A stretch of DNA of 64,000 nucleotides from contig JAOIVE010000001.1 of assembly GCA_028223895.1 (NCBI GenBank), forward strand, positions 1,270 to 65,269, read 5' to 3'. The notes under the pieces are model-generated. The model searched no databases. It was not told the origin of the DNA and worked only from the letters and a program-made list of their open reading frames with translations. Positions 19,371 to 28,300 of this stretch are shown one piece after another. A program made the translations under genes and the position numbers. How positions within the stretch are numbered: position 1 is the stretch's first letter; every line of letters begins with the position of its first letter. The DNA is from Rickettsiales bacterium (GTDB taxonomy: Bacteria; Pseudomonadota; Alphaproteobacteria; Rickettsiales; UBA6187).

Positions 19371-20156
19371 ATGTCAAATATTATTGAAAAGCCTAATGTA
19401 AAAGAGCTATCAGGTAATAGTGAAAGTTACAGAAATTTTCTAAAAAGCATTCCATTATTTAGCGATTTTCCTGAAGACGCAATTAGTCAGGTTTTGGGTA
19501 ATGCTCGTATAAAGAAATATAATAAGAACGAGATATTATTCATGACCGGCGATAAGGCTGAAAATTTCCGCATTATTATCACCGGGTGGGCAAAATTATA
19601 TCGCCAGACGCGTGATGGGCATGAAGCTATTGTTACCGTTCTTACAAATGGCGAAATGTTTGGGAATACAGCCATTATAAAAAACGGTACTCATGCCTAT
19701 ACGGCAGAAACAGTTGCGGATTCTATCATGTTTCTTATCCCTGCTTCATTTATGTTGCATATGTCTGAGAGCTATCAGCATTTTGATCATTTTCTGGCAA
19801 AATTTCTTGAAGGAGGTTTGGGGCAGTCAACTCAACTTAGTATGAATATAGAACATCTTTCTCAGATGACTTCTGCACAACGGGTTGGGTGTTTTCTTTT
19901 AAGGCTTTGTTTGGGGCAGAAAGAAGGAAGTATTTCGTTGCAACTTCCTTACGAAAAAGGCCTTGTTGCAGGGCGGCTTGGTATGACAGCGGAGACATTT
20001 TCACGCTCTTTAAGCCATTTAATAACCTATGGAGTTGAAACCGACCATTCTATTGTAACGATTCACAATATTATGCAGCTTCGCAGGTATATCTGTGAGC
20101 ATTGTTCCGCAACAACACGAGAATGCCACTTAGGTGAAGATATGGATGAATATTAA
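19371..20156 (+). CDS. Crp/Fnr-family regulator (FixK/Dnr-like) with C-terminal CxxC-x6-C, copy 1
   Basis: cNMP-binding fold (GEMFG), HTH LGMTAETFSRSL, tail CEHCSATTREC; GGAG RBS before MSN. Confidence 0.92.
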   Translation: MSNIIEKPNVKELSGNSESYRNFLKSIPLFSDFPEDAISQVLGNARIKKYNKNEILFMTGDKAENFRIIITGWAKLYRQTRDGHEAIVTVLTNGEMFGNTAIIKNGTHAYTAETVADSIMFLIPASFMLHMSESYQHFDHFLAKFLEGGLGQSTQLSMNIEHLSQMTSAQRVGCFLLRLCLGQKEGSISLQLPYEKGLVAGRLGMTAETFSRSLSHLITYGVETDHSIVTIHNIMQLRRYICEHCSATTRECHLGEDMDEY

Positions 20157-20533
20157 AAACCGAACCTGCTTTTTAACCAATCCATATCAAGTTTTTCCGG
20201 GTGTTCTATATATTTATCCGGATGTTCCAACACATTTTTCACGTAGCTTAAATTAACCCTCCAGGCTTTTTTTACATCTTCAGGAGTGCCGTTATGCACG
20301 AGCTTTTTATCTTTAAATTTAAGTGAGAATGCTCCTTTTGGCTCATCATCGTAAATAGTAAGGTCAATAGGCTTGTCGCCGACAACAGCGTTGGTTGCCG
20401 ATAAAATTTGTTTGTATGGAAATTCGTCCTTATGTTTATCAATAGCCTTATTGCAGATTTCCAGATATTGATTGAATAATTCGTCTATATCACCATTATC
20501 ATCGGCTTTTTCGATTTTAATGCGCTTTTCCAT
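20153..20533 (-). CDS. Hypothetical 126-aa protein (module gene, copy 1)
   Basis: Same length as, and highly similar to, 55423-55803. Confidence 0.85.
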   Translation of the reverse strand: MEKRIKIEKADDNGDIDELFNQYLEICNKAIDKHKDEFPYKQILSATNAVVGDKPIDLTIYDDEPKGAFSLKFKDKKLVHNGTPEDVKKAWRVNLSYVKNVLEHPDKYIEHPEKLDMDWLKSRFGF

Positions 20534-20544
20534 TTTTATTTTCC

Positions 20545-20997
20545 TTAAATATGTATAATTTTTTCAAGATATTCCTGAATTTCTTTTGGATGAAATTCCA
20601 CTAAATCCTTATCAATCTCCAGAGCAATAACATCTTTAACTGTTTTACTTAATTCCTTACGCAAAAAGCCCAGTATTTTGGGTGGAGCGGTGATTATCAG
20701 ACGGTGGTATTCTTCTTTATCAAGTTTATCTTTTAAATATTCGGCCACCTCACGCATGAATTGCTTGCGCTCCAGGGTACGATCACTGGTGTGAGGTTCG
20801 ATAATATGCCTTGCACCGCCTGCGCTATCATAGGTTCGCCCCAACTCGCCTCGTCCGGTTGGTTCATCCGTGCGGATGGGTTTTGCGCTAAGGGTATGGT
20901 GTAAATCACCCAAATGATGTTCTGTCATCATCGTATAAAAATTTGAATGTTTACCATCCATTACAGCTATCCATGTAATACGCTTTTTCTTATTCAC
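20545..20997 (-). CDS. Host-attachment / baeRF12 (eRF1-like) family protein, copy 1
   Basis: TWIAVMDGKHS, GRTYDSAGGARH, LIITAPPKILGFLR, EIDKDL. Confidence 0.85.
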   Translation of the reverse strand: MNKKKRITWIAVMDGKHSNFYTMMTEHHLGDLHHTLSAKPIRTDEPTGRGELGRTYDSAGGARHIIEPHTSDRTLERKQFMREVAEYLKDKLDKEEYHRLIITAPPKILGFLRKELSKTVKDVIALEIDKDLVEFHPKEIQEYLEKIIHI

Positions 20998-21081
20998 AAA
21001 AGTTTCCTTTTTTAATAAAAATCCCAAAAGGCAAGTGGCAACTCAGCATTATGAATTGCCACAATTTAAATAATACCTTTG

Positions 21082-21585
21082 TTAGGCCGCTTCTTTGATA
21101 TCAATCTTGCGAGTTGGTTTTACTGCTTCTTCTTTCTTTGGGATTTCCACCCACAGCACTCCTTTCTTGAAGGTAGCCTTAGTCTTATCGGCATTAGCTG
21201 AATCAGGAAGCGCAATGCTACGTTGGCATGATTCATAGGAAAATTCACGGCAGATATAATCCTCATCTTTATCTTCTTTTGATTCTTTCTTTTCTGCTTT
21301 AATCGTCAGATAATTATCGTTAACCGTAATGTCTACTTCTTCCTGCTTAAACCCTGGTAATTGAGCTTCAATTTTTAGGCTCTTATCATTTTCAATGATA
21401 TTAATCGGAATAGAAAGAGCGCTATTTTTTTCCCATAAAGACGATGCAGGCAACTGACTCTGAAAGTCATTAAAGAAATCTTCAAACATTTGATTCATCT
21501 CGTTTCTTAATGAAGTAGCAGGCCATTCTCTTCTTGTTTTTTTGATATTACCTGGTCGGTTCCGTAATGTAAGGTTAAGTGTCAT
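21082..21585 (-). CDS. Hsp20/alpha-crystallin small heat-shock protein
   Basis: AQLPG, LTIKAEK, RSIALP, ATFKKGVLWVEIPK; ends -EAA. Confidence 0.95.
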   Translation of the reverse strand: MTLNLTLRNRPGNIKKTRREWPATSLRNEMNQMFEDFFNDFQSQLPASSLWEKNSALSIPINIIENDKSLKIEAQLPGFKQEEVDITVNDNYLTIKAEKKESKEDKDEDYICREFSYESCQRSIALPDSANADKTKATFKKGVLWVEIPKKEEAVKPTRKIDIKEAA

Positions 21586-21701
21586 AATAGTTCTCCTGTA
21601 AATGTTTATGGATTTATTTTGGCTTACCTAGCCTTATGTCGCGTTTGTGGTTTAGATTTATCACCTGCATTATAGAAAACCACGAAGTTGGCGTTACATA
21701 C

Positions 21702-21749
21702 TTGATAGACATCAATCGCCTCAAAAGATTATTGTTTGACGAGTATCAA
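21702..21749. promoter_or_regulatory. Two FNR/FixK-type boxes (21702-21715 TTGATAGACATCAA; 21736-21749 TTGACGAGTATCAA)
   Basis: Between divergent hsp20 and CBS genes; mirrored by the pair at 58441/58493. Confidence 0.85.
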
Positions 21750-21845
21750 GTATAGTTTGATTGGTATGTGGTTAATTACAGCTTCCTACATGCCATTATG
21801 GTGCGAAATTAGAAAGTCACAAAAACACATTAAGGGAGTTCCGCC

Positions 21846-22280
21846 ATGTCGAATACCAAAGTAAAAGATGTAATGACCGAGAATCCATCGTTAATTAAAC
21901 CAGAAACCTCCCTTAAAGATGCCGCTAAAAAAATGCAGGAAGTTGGCTGTGGCGTTCTACCGGTAGGCAGTAAAAGTAAGCTTTTGGGTATTATTACCGA
22001 TCGTGATATTGTTATACGCGCTATAGCCGAGGGAGCTGATATCAAAACCGAGCTAGTAGAGGAATATATGTCTGATCGGGTTTATACCTGCAATGAAAAC
22101 AACACGTTAAATGAAGCTGCTGAGATTATGGGTAAGCACAAAATAAGCCGCCTTGTGGTCGAGAATGAAGACGGCAGAATCGTAGGAATTCTTTCACTTG
22201 GCTGCATGTTGCGTAACAATGCCAGTGCCAAAGAAATTGTGGCAGTAGTTGAACAAGCCAGAGGATGTAAAGCTGCGTAG
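21846..22280 (+). CDS. CBS-pair protein (Hrp1-like), copy 1
   Basis: VKDVMT, GVLPV, GIITDRDIVIR, GILSLG; ends -KAA. Confidence 0.92.
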   Translation: MSNTKVKDVMTENPSLIKPETSLKDAAKKMQEVGCGVLPVGSKSKLLGIITDRDIVIRAIAEGADIKTELVEEYMSDRVYTCNENNTLNEAAEIMGKHKISRLVVENEDGRIVGILSLGCMLRNNASAKEIVAVVEQARGCKAA

Positions 22281-22309
22281 TATTATTATGTATTATAAAC
22301 GTTGTCAGT

Positions 22310-22870
22310 TTACTTACTTTTTTGCACGACGAGTTTAGCCACACGGACACCGAGCAACCTTGCCGTCTCCAAATCGCCTTCAGAAGGAGATTTGGAATCA
22401 GGGTCGGATTGGGCCATAGCCCCAATATAACTTCCAATACGGTTTGTGTGATCTTTAGCACCTATAGAGCTACTCGCATCAGGCAGTTGGCCAAGGCTTA
22501 TCCATATCATGCTGTGCTGCGCGGCAAAAATTACTAGTTGCATCAGACTATTTAACTTGTCACCACTTAAGCTCTGTGAATTACTGAACCCGGCGGCATA
22601 TTTATCTTTCCATTTTTGTTCATACCAGCGCGGTGAAGTAGCTTCCATAAACTCCTTAAATTTTGCACTTAGCGACCCCATATAGGTTGGCGATCCAAAA
22701 ATAATAGCATCTGCCTTATCTAAATTTGCCCAGTGTTTTTCAATGTCTGATACTTTCACCAATAAAGAGTTCACCCCCTCAACAGAAGTAGCACCGCCAT
22801 GTACAGACTTTGCCTGATGCTCCGTATGACCAAAGCCACTGTGATATAGCGTAACGATATTTTTATGCAT
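22310..22870 (-). CDS. WrbA/flavodoxin-family NAD(P)H oxidoreductase
   Basis: YHSGFGHT, IIFGSPTYMGS, SGDKL. Confidence 0.9.
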   Translation of the reverse strand: MHKNIVTLYHSGFGHTEHQAKSVHGGATSVEGVNSLLVKVSDIEKHWANLDKADAIIFGSPTYMGSLSAKFKEFMEATSPRWYEQKWKDKYAAGFSNSQSLSGDKLNSLMQLVIFAAQHSMIWISLGQLPDASSSIGAKDHTNRIGSYIGAMAQSDPDSKSPSEGDLETARLLGVRVAKLVVQKSK

Positions 22871-23039
22871 AATATTTCCTTATTAACAAACCCTTTGCTG
22901 GGATTTTATTTGAATTAAATATTTTCTGCAGTTCCGTTTTTAATGTTTCACGTTCTTTTTTCAATTCTTCACGCTCAGACTTTGTTATAGTTAGATCTAA
23001 AAACATCTCTTGGTCATTTTGTCTCGCAGAATTTTTCAT
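22863..23039 (-). CDS. Possible 58-aa small protein
   Basis: MKNSARQNDQEMFLDLTITKSEREELKKERETLK...; overlaps the flavodoxin start and lies downstream of the box at 23117. Confidence 0.35.
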   Translation of the reverse strand: MKNSARQNDQEMFLDLTITKSEREELKKERETLKTELQKIFNSNKIPAKGLLIRKYYA

Positions 23040-23116
23040 TGTTTATCCCAATACGTTGTTTTTAGAGTTGATCCTGTAGTGATGAGCGAGTTAAGCATAA
23101 GTCAAACAAGGTGGAC

Positions 23117-23130
23117 TTGACGGGTGTCAA
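23117..23130. promoter_or_regulatory. FNR/FixK-type box TTGACGGGTGTCAA
   Basis: Identical to the box at 3064; upstream of dps. Confidence 0.85.
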
Positions 23131-23190
23131 TGCGCATATTTTTAATCATGCATAGGATAAAATTCCAATTAATTTACAAGGAATAAAACC

Positions 23191-23655
23191 ATGAGCAAAA
23201 CTGTGGAAAATTTAAGCCATGTACTGGCTGACACCTATACACTTTATTTAAAAACCCAGAATTACCACTGGAATGTAACGGGGCCACAGTTTGACACATT
23301 GCATCAATTATTTGGAAGGCAACATGCTACATTGGCAACGGCTATTGATGAAATAGCAGAACGTATCCGTGCGCTTGGGGAACTTGCTCCTGCTACTTAT
23401 AAAGAGTTTGAGCAGCTTAAATCTATGAAGGAAGGTACCTCTAGTTACTCCGCAGAAGAGATGTTAGATTGCCTATATAAAGGCCATAAGAAAGTTATTG
23501 AAATACTTAAAAATGCATTAAAAACAGCGGAAAATGAAGGTGACGTATTTACTGTTGAGTTACTAACAACACGTATTGGAGCATACCAGAAAGATGCTTG
23601 GATGCTGGCAGCCACTCTTTCTAAAAAACCTGCGTCGCAAACAAAGGCGGCTTAG
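23191..23655 (+). CDS. dps: Dps-family ferritin-like protein, copy 1
   Basis: LYLKTQNYHWNVTG, DEIAERIRALG, WML; ends -KAA. Confidence 0.95.
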   Translation: MSKTVENLSHVLADTYTLYLKTQNYHWNVTGPQFDTLHQLFGRQHATLATAIDEIAERIRALGELAPATYKEFEQLKSMKEGTSSYSAEEMLDCLYKGHKKVIEILKNALKTAENEGDVFTVELLTTRIGAYQKDAWMLAATLSKKPASQTKAA

Positions 23656-23756
23656 TGATGTTTATAGCTTTTTGTTTCGTTAACACTCCAAAATAATCCT
23701 TCTTTGATAGCTTTAACAGAGAGAAATTTACTAATCACATAGATAATGAATTTGTT

Positions 23757-24203
23757 TTATATGTATGATTTATAACGCACTGTTTCCGCTTCCCTACGTT
23801 TTTTTAATCCCTTCAGCTTCTTGCCACCAGCCCAGACCCATTTCATAAATTCGGCTAGTGCAGCTTCATGCTCTTCACGGTTTACTTTCCACCGGAGGGT
23901 GGAGCGTTGGAGTGCGCCGCTGCCTAAGTTGAATGTGAATGATACTAACGCATCAAATTGACCATCAGTAAGCGGCACTTTTATTAACCTGCATACGGCT
24001 CTTTCTGCCAGCAGCACATCCTTAATCAGCAGTGCCCCACCAGCAGCTTCGCTAATTCCATTTTTAAACATTTCAGCTTCGCCTGGTAGCAACAGGTGAC
24101 CATAGCCGATTGTTGGAAGGCCAGCTGCATCCAGATAGATTTCCGGCTCGAATCCTTCGAAGCGTTTGATAAGATTCAATCCTTTTTGTGTGATATGTCT
24201 CAT
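23757..24203 (-). CDS. Phage lysozyme (GH24)
   Basis: LIKRFEG...YLDAAGLPTIGYGH, FDALVSFTFNLG, GLKKRREAE. Confidence 0.95.
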   Translation of the reverse strand: MRHITQKGLNLIKRFEGFEPEIYLDAAGLPTIGYGHLLLPGEAEMFKNGISEAAGGALLIKDVLLAERAVCRLIKVPLTDGQFDALVSFTFNLGSGALQRSTLRWKVNREEHEAALAEFMKWVWAGGKKLKGLKKRREAETVRYKSYI

Positions 24204-24283
24204 GAAAATACTCGTTTTAGTTGTTATTGAAGAATAAATTGCTATGTTTTATGCACAGCCGTAAAAAATTATGAGAATTAGCC

Positions 24284-25696
24284 ATGTCATTATTTCAGAC
24301 CCAAAGACCTGATTTTTTAATATCAGGAGAACGTGCCAGACTTATTCCTGTCATCGCAGACACCAGCAAAGAAGGGCGCATCACAAGTTGTACTCTTGCA
24401 GCGTTTATGTCCGTAAATGAGTTTGCAAAAGGGCTTCTGGATTCAATTGGTATAAGGCTTGGAAAAACTTCAAAAGTTGAATGCTTCACTGAAATCGTAT
24501 TTCAGAACAAAGACAAAACGGCTTCTAAAATCCGTCCGGACGGGCTCATTGTTGTGACCACCGGTAAGAAGCAATGGACTGCACTTGTCGAAGCAAAAAT
24601 CGGAAAAGCGGAGCTGACCGCTGAACAGGTTGAGTCTTATTTGGATTTAGCAAAAGAGCACAAAATTGATGCGGTTATTACATTGTCGAATCAATTCTCC
24701 GCCACTCCAACCCACCATCCAATTACTGTAAGCAAAAACAAGCTACGTAGTGTCGGCCTTTACCATTGGTCATGGACTTTTCTTATTACAGAAGCTGTAA
24801 TGTGGGTAAAATACCACGGAGTAACCGACCCCGATCAGGCATACATATTAGAAGAACTGGTGCGCTACTTGCAGCATGATGGCTCTGGGGTTTTATCTTT
24901 TGATAGCATGAACGGCACATGGAAGGATGTTTGTGCCGCAGTACAGAATCGTATAAGCCTCAAGAAAACATCCCCTGAAGTTTTAGATAGCGTAGCAAGC
25001 TGGCATCAGCTCAGCAGAAATCTTTCCCTTCACTTAGGGCTGGCTGTAGGTGCAAATGTTGGTATTTTTCTAAAAAAGGCGCACAAAGATGATTCCAAAA
25101 AACGTCTTGATGACGACGCAGCTTTATTAGTTTCAGAGCAACTTCTGATAACAGAATTTGATGTACCTGCCGCTGCAGGAAGAATAAAGTTTGCAGCGGA
25201 TGTTGAGAAACGTTGTGTTGTTGTCTCAATGCGCCTTAGAGCTCCAGAGGAAAGAGCTACTACTAAAGGCAGGATAAACTGGCTCACCAGCCAGCTTAAG
25301 AAAGCTACTAACCCTGATTTATCTGTACGTGCTATATGGCCAAGCCGAGCAGCGGATACAATGGCTTTACTCTCCGAGATTAATGAAAAAGGCGCAGATG
25401 CCTTACTTTGTGAGAACAACTCACTTAAACCGGTATCGTTCGAAGTTGTTCTAACGCGTGACATTGGTGCAAAATTTAAAGGCTCCAGAACATTTATTCA
25501 GGAATCAGGTCCATTGCTTATGGAGTTTTATGAGCAGGCAGGGCAACATTTAAAAGAATGGGTTGCTTCAGCTCCAAAAATAAAAACAAAAAAAATAGAT
25601 AATACACTTGAAGATGAAATTGATGAAACTATAGAGAAGGAAACAGTAATTCCTTCGGTTAAGGCTGAGAAAACCAATATCAATTCAGCTGCATAA
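24284..25696 (+). CDS. PD-(D/E)XK nuclease-like moron
   Basis: RPDGLIVV...LVEAKIG; antisense insert between holin and lysozyme. Confidence 0.7.
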   Translation: MSLFQTQRPDFLISGERARLIPVIADTSKEGRITSCTLAAFMSVNEFAKGLLDSIGIRLGKTSKVECFTEIVFQNKDKTASKIRPDGLIVVTTGKKQWTALVEAKIGKAELTAEQVESYLDLAKEHKIDAVITLSNQFSATPTHHPITVSKNKLRSVGLYHWSWTFLITEAVMWVKYHGVTDPDQAYILEELVRYLQHDGSGVLSFDSMNGTWKDVCAAVQNRISLKKTSPEVLDSVASWHQLSRNLSLHLGLAVGANVGIFLKKAHKDDSKKRLDDDAALLVSEQLLITEFDVPAAAGRIKFAADVEKRCVVVSMRLRAPEERATTKGRINWLTSQLKKATNPDLSVRAIWPSRAADTMALLSEINEKGADALLCENNSLKPVSFEVVLTRDIGAKFKGSRTFIQESGPLLMEFYEQAGQHLKEWVASAPKIKTKKIDNTLEDEIDETIEKETVIPSVKAEKTNINSAA

Positions 25697-25707
25697 AGCC
25701 AAATAAT

Positions 25708-25740
25708 ATCGGGTGTCTCGTTTTTGTCGAGACACCCGAT
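25708..25740. terminator. Perfect 13-bp hairpin between convergent genes
   Basis: ATCGGGTGTCTCG-TTTTTGT-CGAGACACCCGAT. Confidence 0.8.
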
Positions 25741-25757
25741 TGGGATGTTGAAGCCGC

Positions 25758-26054
25758 CTAATTCTTCTCCAGCGTAGCAATCACATTCAGTTTCTTGCTG
25801 CCATATTCAAATGTTCCCCACCATTGCTCTTGCCCTGAAATTTTGCGGCGTTCAATCATTAGTGTGAAGCGGTTCACACCGACTATCTTTGCCGAGGCAA
25901 AATCTTCTAATTCAAACCATGATTTGCGTGCAGGTGTGGTTGCCATCTTCTTGACTGTGTTGGCATAAATATCCAGCAGATTTTCGATTTCATTATCGGT
26001 GCATCTGTCGTTCTGGATGTCTTCAATCATGGCTTTATAAAATAATTTGCTCAT
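25758..26054 (-). CDS. Hypothetical phage protein
   Basis: AAAGGGGG RBS before MSKLFYKAMIED. Confidence 0.7.
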   Translation of the reverse strand: MSKLFYKAMIEDIQNDRCTDNEIENLLDIYANTVKKMATTPARKSWFELEDFASAKIVGVNRFTLMIERRKISGQEQWWGTFEYGSKKLNVIATLEKN

Positions 26055-26143
26055 TGTTTCCCCCTTTGTTTTGGTTGGTTTTGGTGTGTACAGTAACGCT
26101 TCTTCTGCGAAGGTAATCAACTGAATAAGAAGAGAAAATCGAA

Positions 26144-26569
26144 CTATTTCCCCTGTCGTAACTTACTCATAGCCCGCTGCCCGAAATAGAAGCTGATAAT
26201 GCCTGCAAAGATGGCTTGATCTTCAGGTGTCCATAGCATCCATGGCAATCCGGAGAAAAACTGCATTAGCTTCACCAACGCATATAAAACAAAAAAGCTA
26301 TATGCGATGACGGGGCGCACGGTGCCATTTAACGTATCTACCCAGCGAATACCTGTGTTGTAGGTTTTGTAGAGCGCACGGGATTCCGCAATATCTGCCT
26401 CGACATGGATTTCTTCCAGCCGATTGCTATGCCCCTGCGCTTGCTGCTGCATCTGCAATTGCAAAATGGTGAGTTCGTGTTTTCTATCCTGATGATCTCT
26501 GATTAGTTTTAGAAAATCAGGAAATGCCGCGCTGATAAACCCCAGCAGTGATCCAAGTAATGTAACCAT
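26144..26569 (-). CDS. Putative holin (3TM type)
   Basis: MVTLLGSLLGF, TVRPVIAY, IISFYFGQR. Confidence 0.75.
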   Translation of the reverse strand: MVTLLGSLLGFISAAFPDFLKLIRDHQDRKHELTILQLQMQQQAQGHSNRLEEIHVEADIAESRALYKTYNTGIRWVDTLNGTVRPVIAYSFFVLYALVKLMQFFSGLPWMLWTPEDQAIFAGIISFYFGQRAMSKLRQGK

Positions 26570-26570
26570 T

Positions 26571-26819
26571 TTAACCTCCGTTTATGATTGATTTTACGCC
26601 CTGCCATAATGCCACCAGCACACCAGTTGCGGCGGCGGTAACGCATGAGCGTTTTGTCCATTTGAGAATTTCATCTGAGCCGGTTCGGGATTTTCGCAAA
26701 TACACCATGTCGGCCTGCATGGCGGTTGGATCAGTGGTATCCACGCCATATTTAGTCAAAGCATCCTCGATGCCATCGCGCACAGCGCAGCGGATGGCTT
26801 TTTTTAGTTCTTCGTCCAT
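26571..26819 (-). CDS. Small phage membrane protein
   Basis: GGAGG RBS; C-terminal TM helix; adjacent to the holin. Confidence 0.7.
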   Translation of the reverse strand: MDEELKKAIRCAVRDGIEDALTKYGVDTTDPTAMQADMVYLRKSRTGSDEILKWTKRSCVTAAATGVLVALWQGVKSIINGG

Positions 26820-26821
26820 GA

Positions 26822-27568
26822 TTAAAGCCTCCATTTTGCAAACAAATATGACCAAATCTTTATAATTTCAGACTCAGGAAGGATGGTTTGGTAAATAAGC
26901 AATTCACCCCATGTGGCAAAGCCTCCACCTGCACCAATTCTGCCGCCGTTTGAAGTGGCGGAAATTTTTGTAGAGCCAATGTTGCTGCTATAATTGGTAC
27001 TGTTTACGGTAGTTAGAAACTTCTCGTTATCTGTTGATAATTTTAGAATATTAGGGGCGTTATCTAAAATAGGTTTGCTTTGACTATAATATCCAAATTG
27101 CAATGCTATATCGTTCGGGTTTGGCTTTACACCATGCACCATTGGTTTTCGCCCAGTGGGGTTAAATTGGCTTCCATCTATGTATAAATATTCAGGGTAA
27201 TATCCAATAGTGGCGGCATTATTAGGATGGAAAACGATAAAGGCTGTAATTGGCGGAGCGATGCCAAGATTAGGTAGGTTTAATGATGCCGTTTCAAAGC
27301 TTAGAGATTTTACACCATTTATTGACCCGAGATTAACACTACCAACACTTGCATCAGCACGAATGGCATTTCGCTGCTTACCACTTTTATCCTTCCAAGT
27401 CGTAAGCTGTCCTTCGCTATTAAAAACATGAGTTTTTGTGTCATGAGCATCCAGCCAAAGTTCTACCTTATGTGCAAATGGTGGTACAAAATCAGTAGAT
27501 AGTATATTGCGAAAACAATTCGCCATAGGGTCAGCGAAGGTATTCTGATAATGAAAAGCATTGGGCAT
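26822..27568 (-). CDS. Lectin/LamG-like putative receptor-binding protein
   Basis: LWLDAHD...WKDKSG...GELLIY...YLFAKW; AT-richer than its neighbours. Confidence 0.6.
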   Translation of the reverse strand: MPNAFHYQNTFADPMANCFRNILSTDFVPPFAHKVELWLDAHDTKTHVFNSEGQLTTWKDKSGKQRNAIRADASVGSVNLGSINGVKSLSFETASLNLPNLGIAPPITAFIVFHPNNAATIGYYPEYLYIDGSQFNPTGRKPMVHGVKPNPNDIALQFGYYSQSKPILDNAPNILKLSTDNEKFLTTVNSTNYSSNIGSTKISATSNGGRIGAGGGFATWGELLIYQTILPESEIIKIWSYLFAKWRL

Positions 27569-27573
27569 AACAA

Positions 27574-28278
27574 TTACCAATTCCAAGGGCCACGGGGTTG
27601 TAAATATTGCATGGTTGCGCGGATCACGCCGCCGGTGAAATCACTACCGTTTGCGGTCAGGCGAACAGCAGTATCTGAATAAAAAGCGGTAGGGCCGATA
27701 ATGCCGATATTGGTGGAGTCTTGCCCTACACCAATTGACCCACCGAATTTGCTGGTTTCTCCACTGATTCCGACATCGAAGGACGATGCACCAGTCACGG
27801 CTGTTAGCACACGCACATTCACCGTCAGCAAAATCGAGCGATTTGGTATGGTGATGGTGGTATCTTTGGATGCACCAGAATCCACTGTCACATCTTCCTG
27901 CTGGTGACCAACACGCAGATATTCACCCGTGTCTTTCATAATCAGGCCGAATGGCACCCAAGTAGTACCGTCATAAGTTACGCGGGTATCTAAACTTTCG
28001 ACTACCGCATCCATCCATTTAAATGGCGTGTAAAAAATCCAGCCACCTGTGAGATACTGCGCTATTTTATTTTCCTGTCCGGTAAAGTCGTCAGTTCCGC
28101 CAGCTCCGACTATATACAAGTCACCTTCTGTCGGGCTGCCAGGTGGAGCGGTAATGATATCAATTATGATTGGTGTAACGAACGCATCGAGGCGGTTTAG
28201 CCCCTCATTATGCGTTACTTCTTTTTGGGCTTGAGACGTAATAATATACGGCAAGCCCAACCTTCCGGTCTGGGACAT
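27574..28278 (-). CDS. DUF2793 tail-fibre-associated protein
   Basis: LPYIITSQAQKEVTHNEGLNRLD. Confidence 0.85.
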   Translation of the reverse strand: MSQTGRLGLPYIITSQAQKEVTHNEGLNRLDAFVTPIIIDIITAPPGSPTEGDLYIVGAGGTDDFTGQENKIAQYLTGGWIFYTPFKWMDAVVESLDTRVTYDGTTWVPFGLIMKDTGEYLRVGHQQEDVTVDSGASKDTTITIPNRSILLTVNVRVLTAVTGASSFDVGISGETSKFGGSIGVGQDSTNIGIIGPTAFYSDTAVRLTANGSDFTGGVIRATMQYLQPRGPWNW

Positions 28279-28300
28279 GATTTTCTCCAATTAGGTTTGA

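Noticed and set aside
23703-24179. Extra FNR-like boxes (TTGATAGCTTTAAC near 23704; TTGATAAGATTCAA at 24166-24179)
   Set aside because: The first lacks the right half-site; the second deviates from the strict consensus and lies within lysozyme codons
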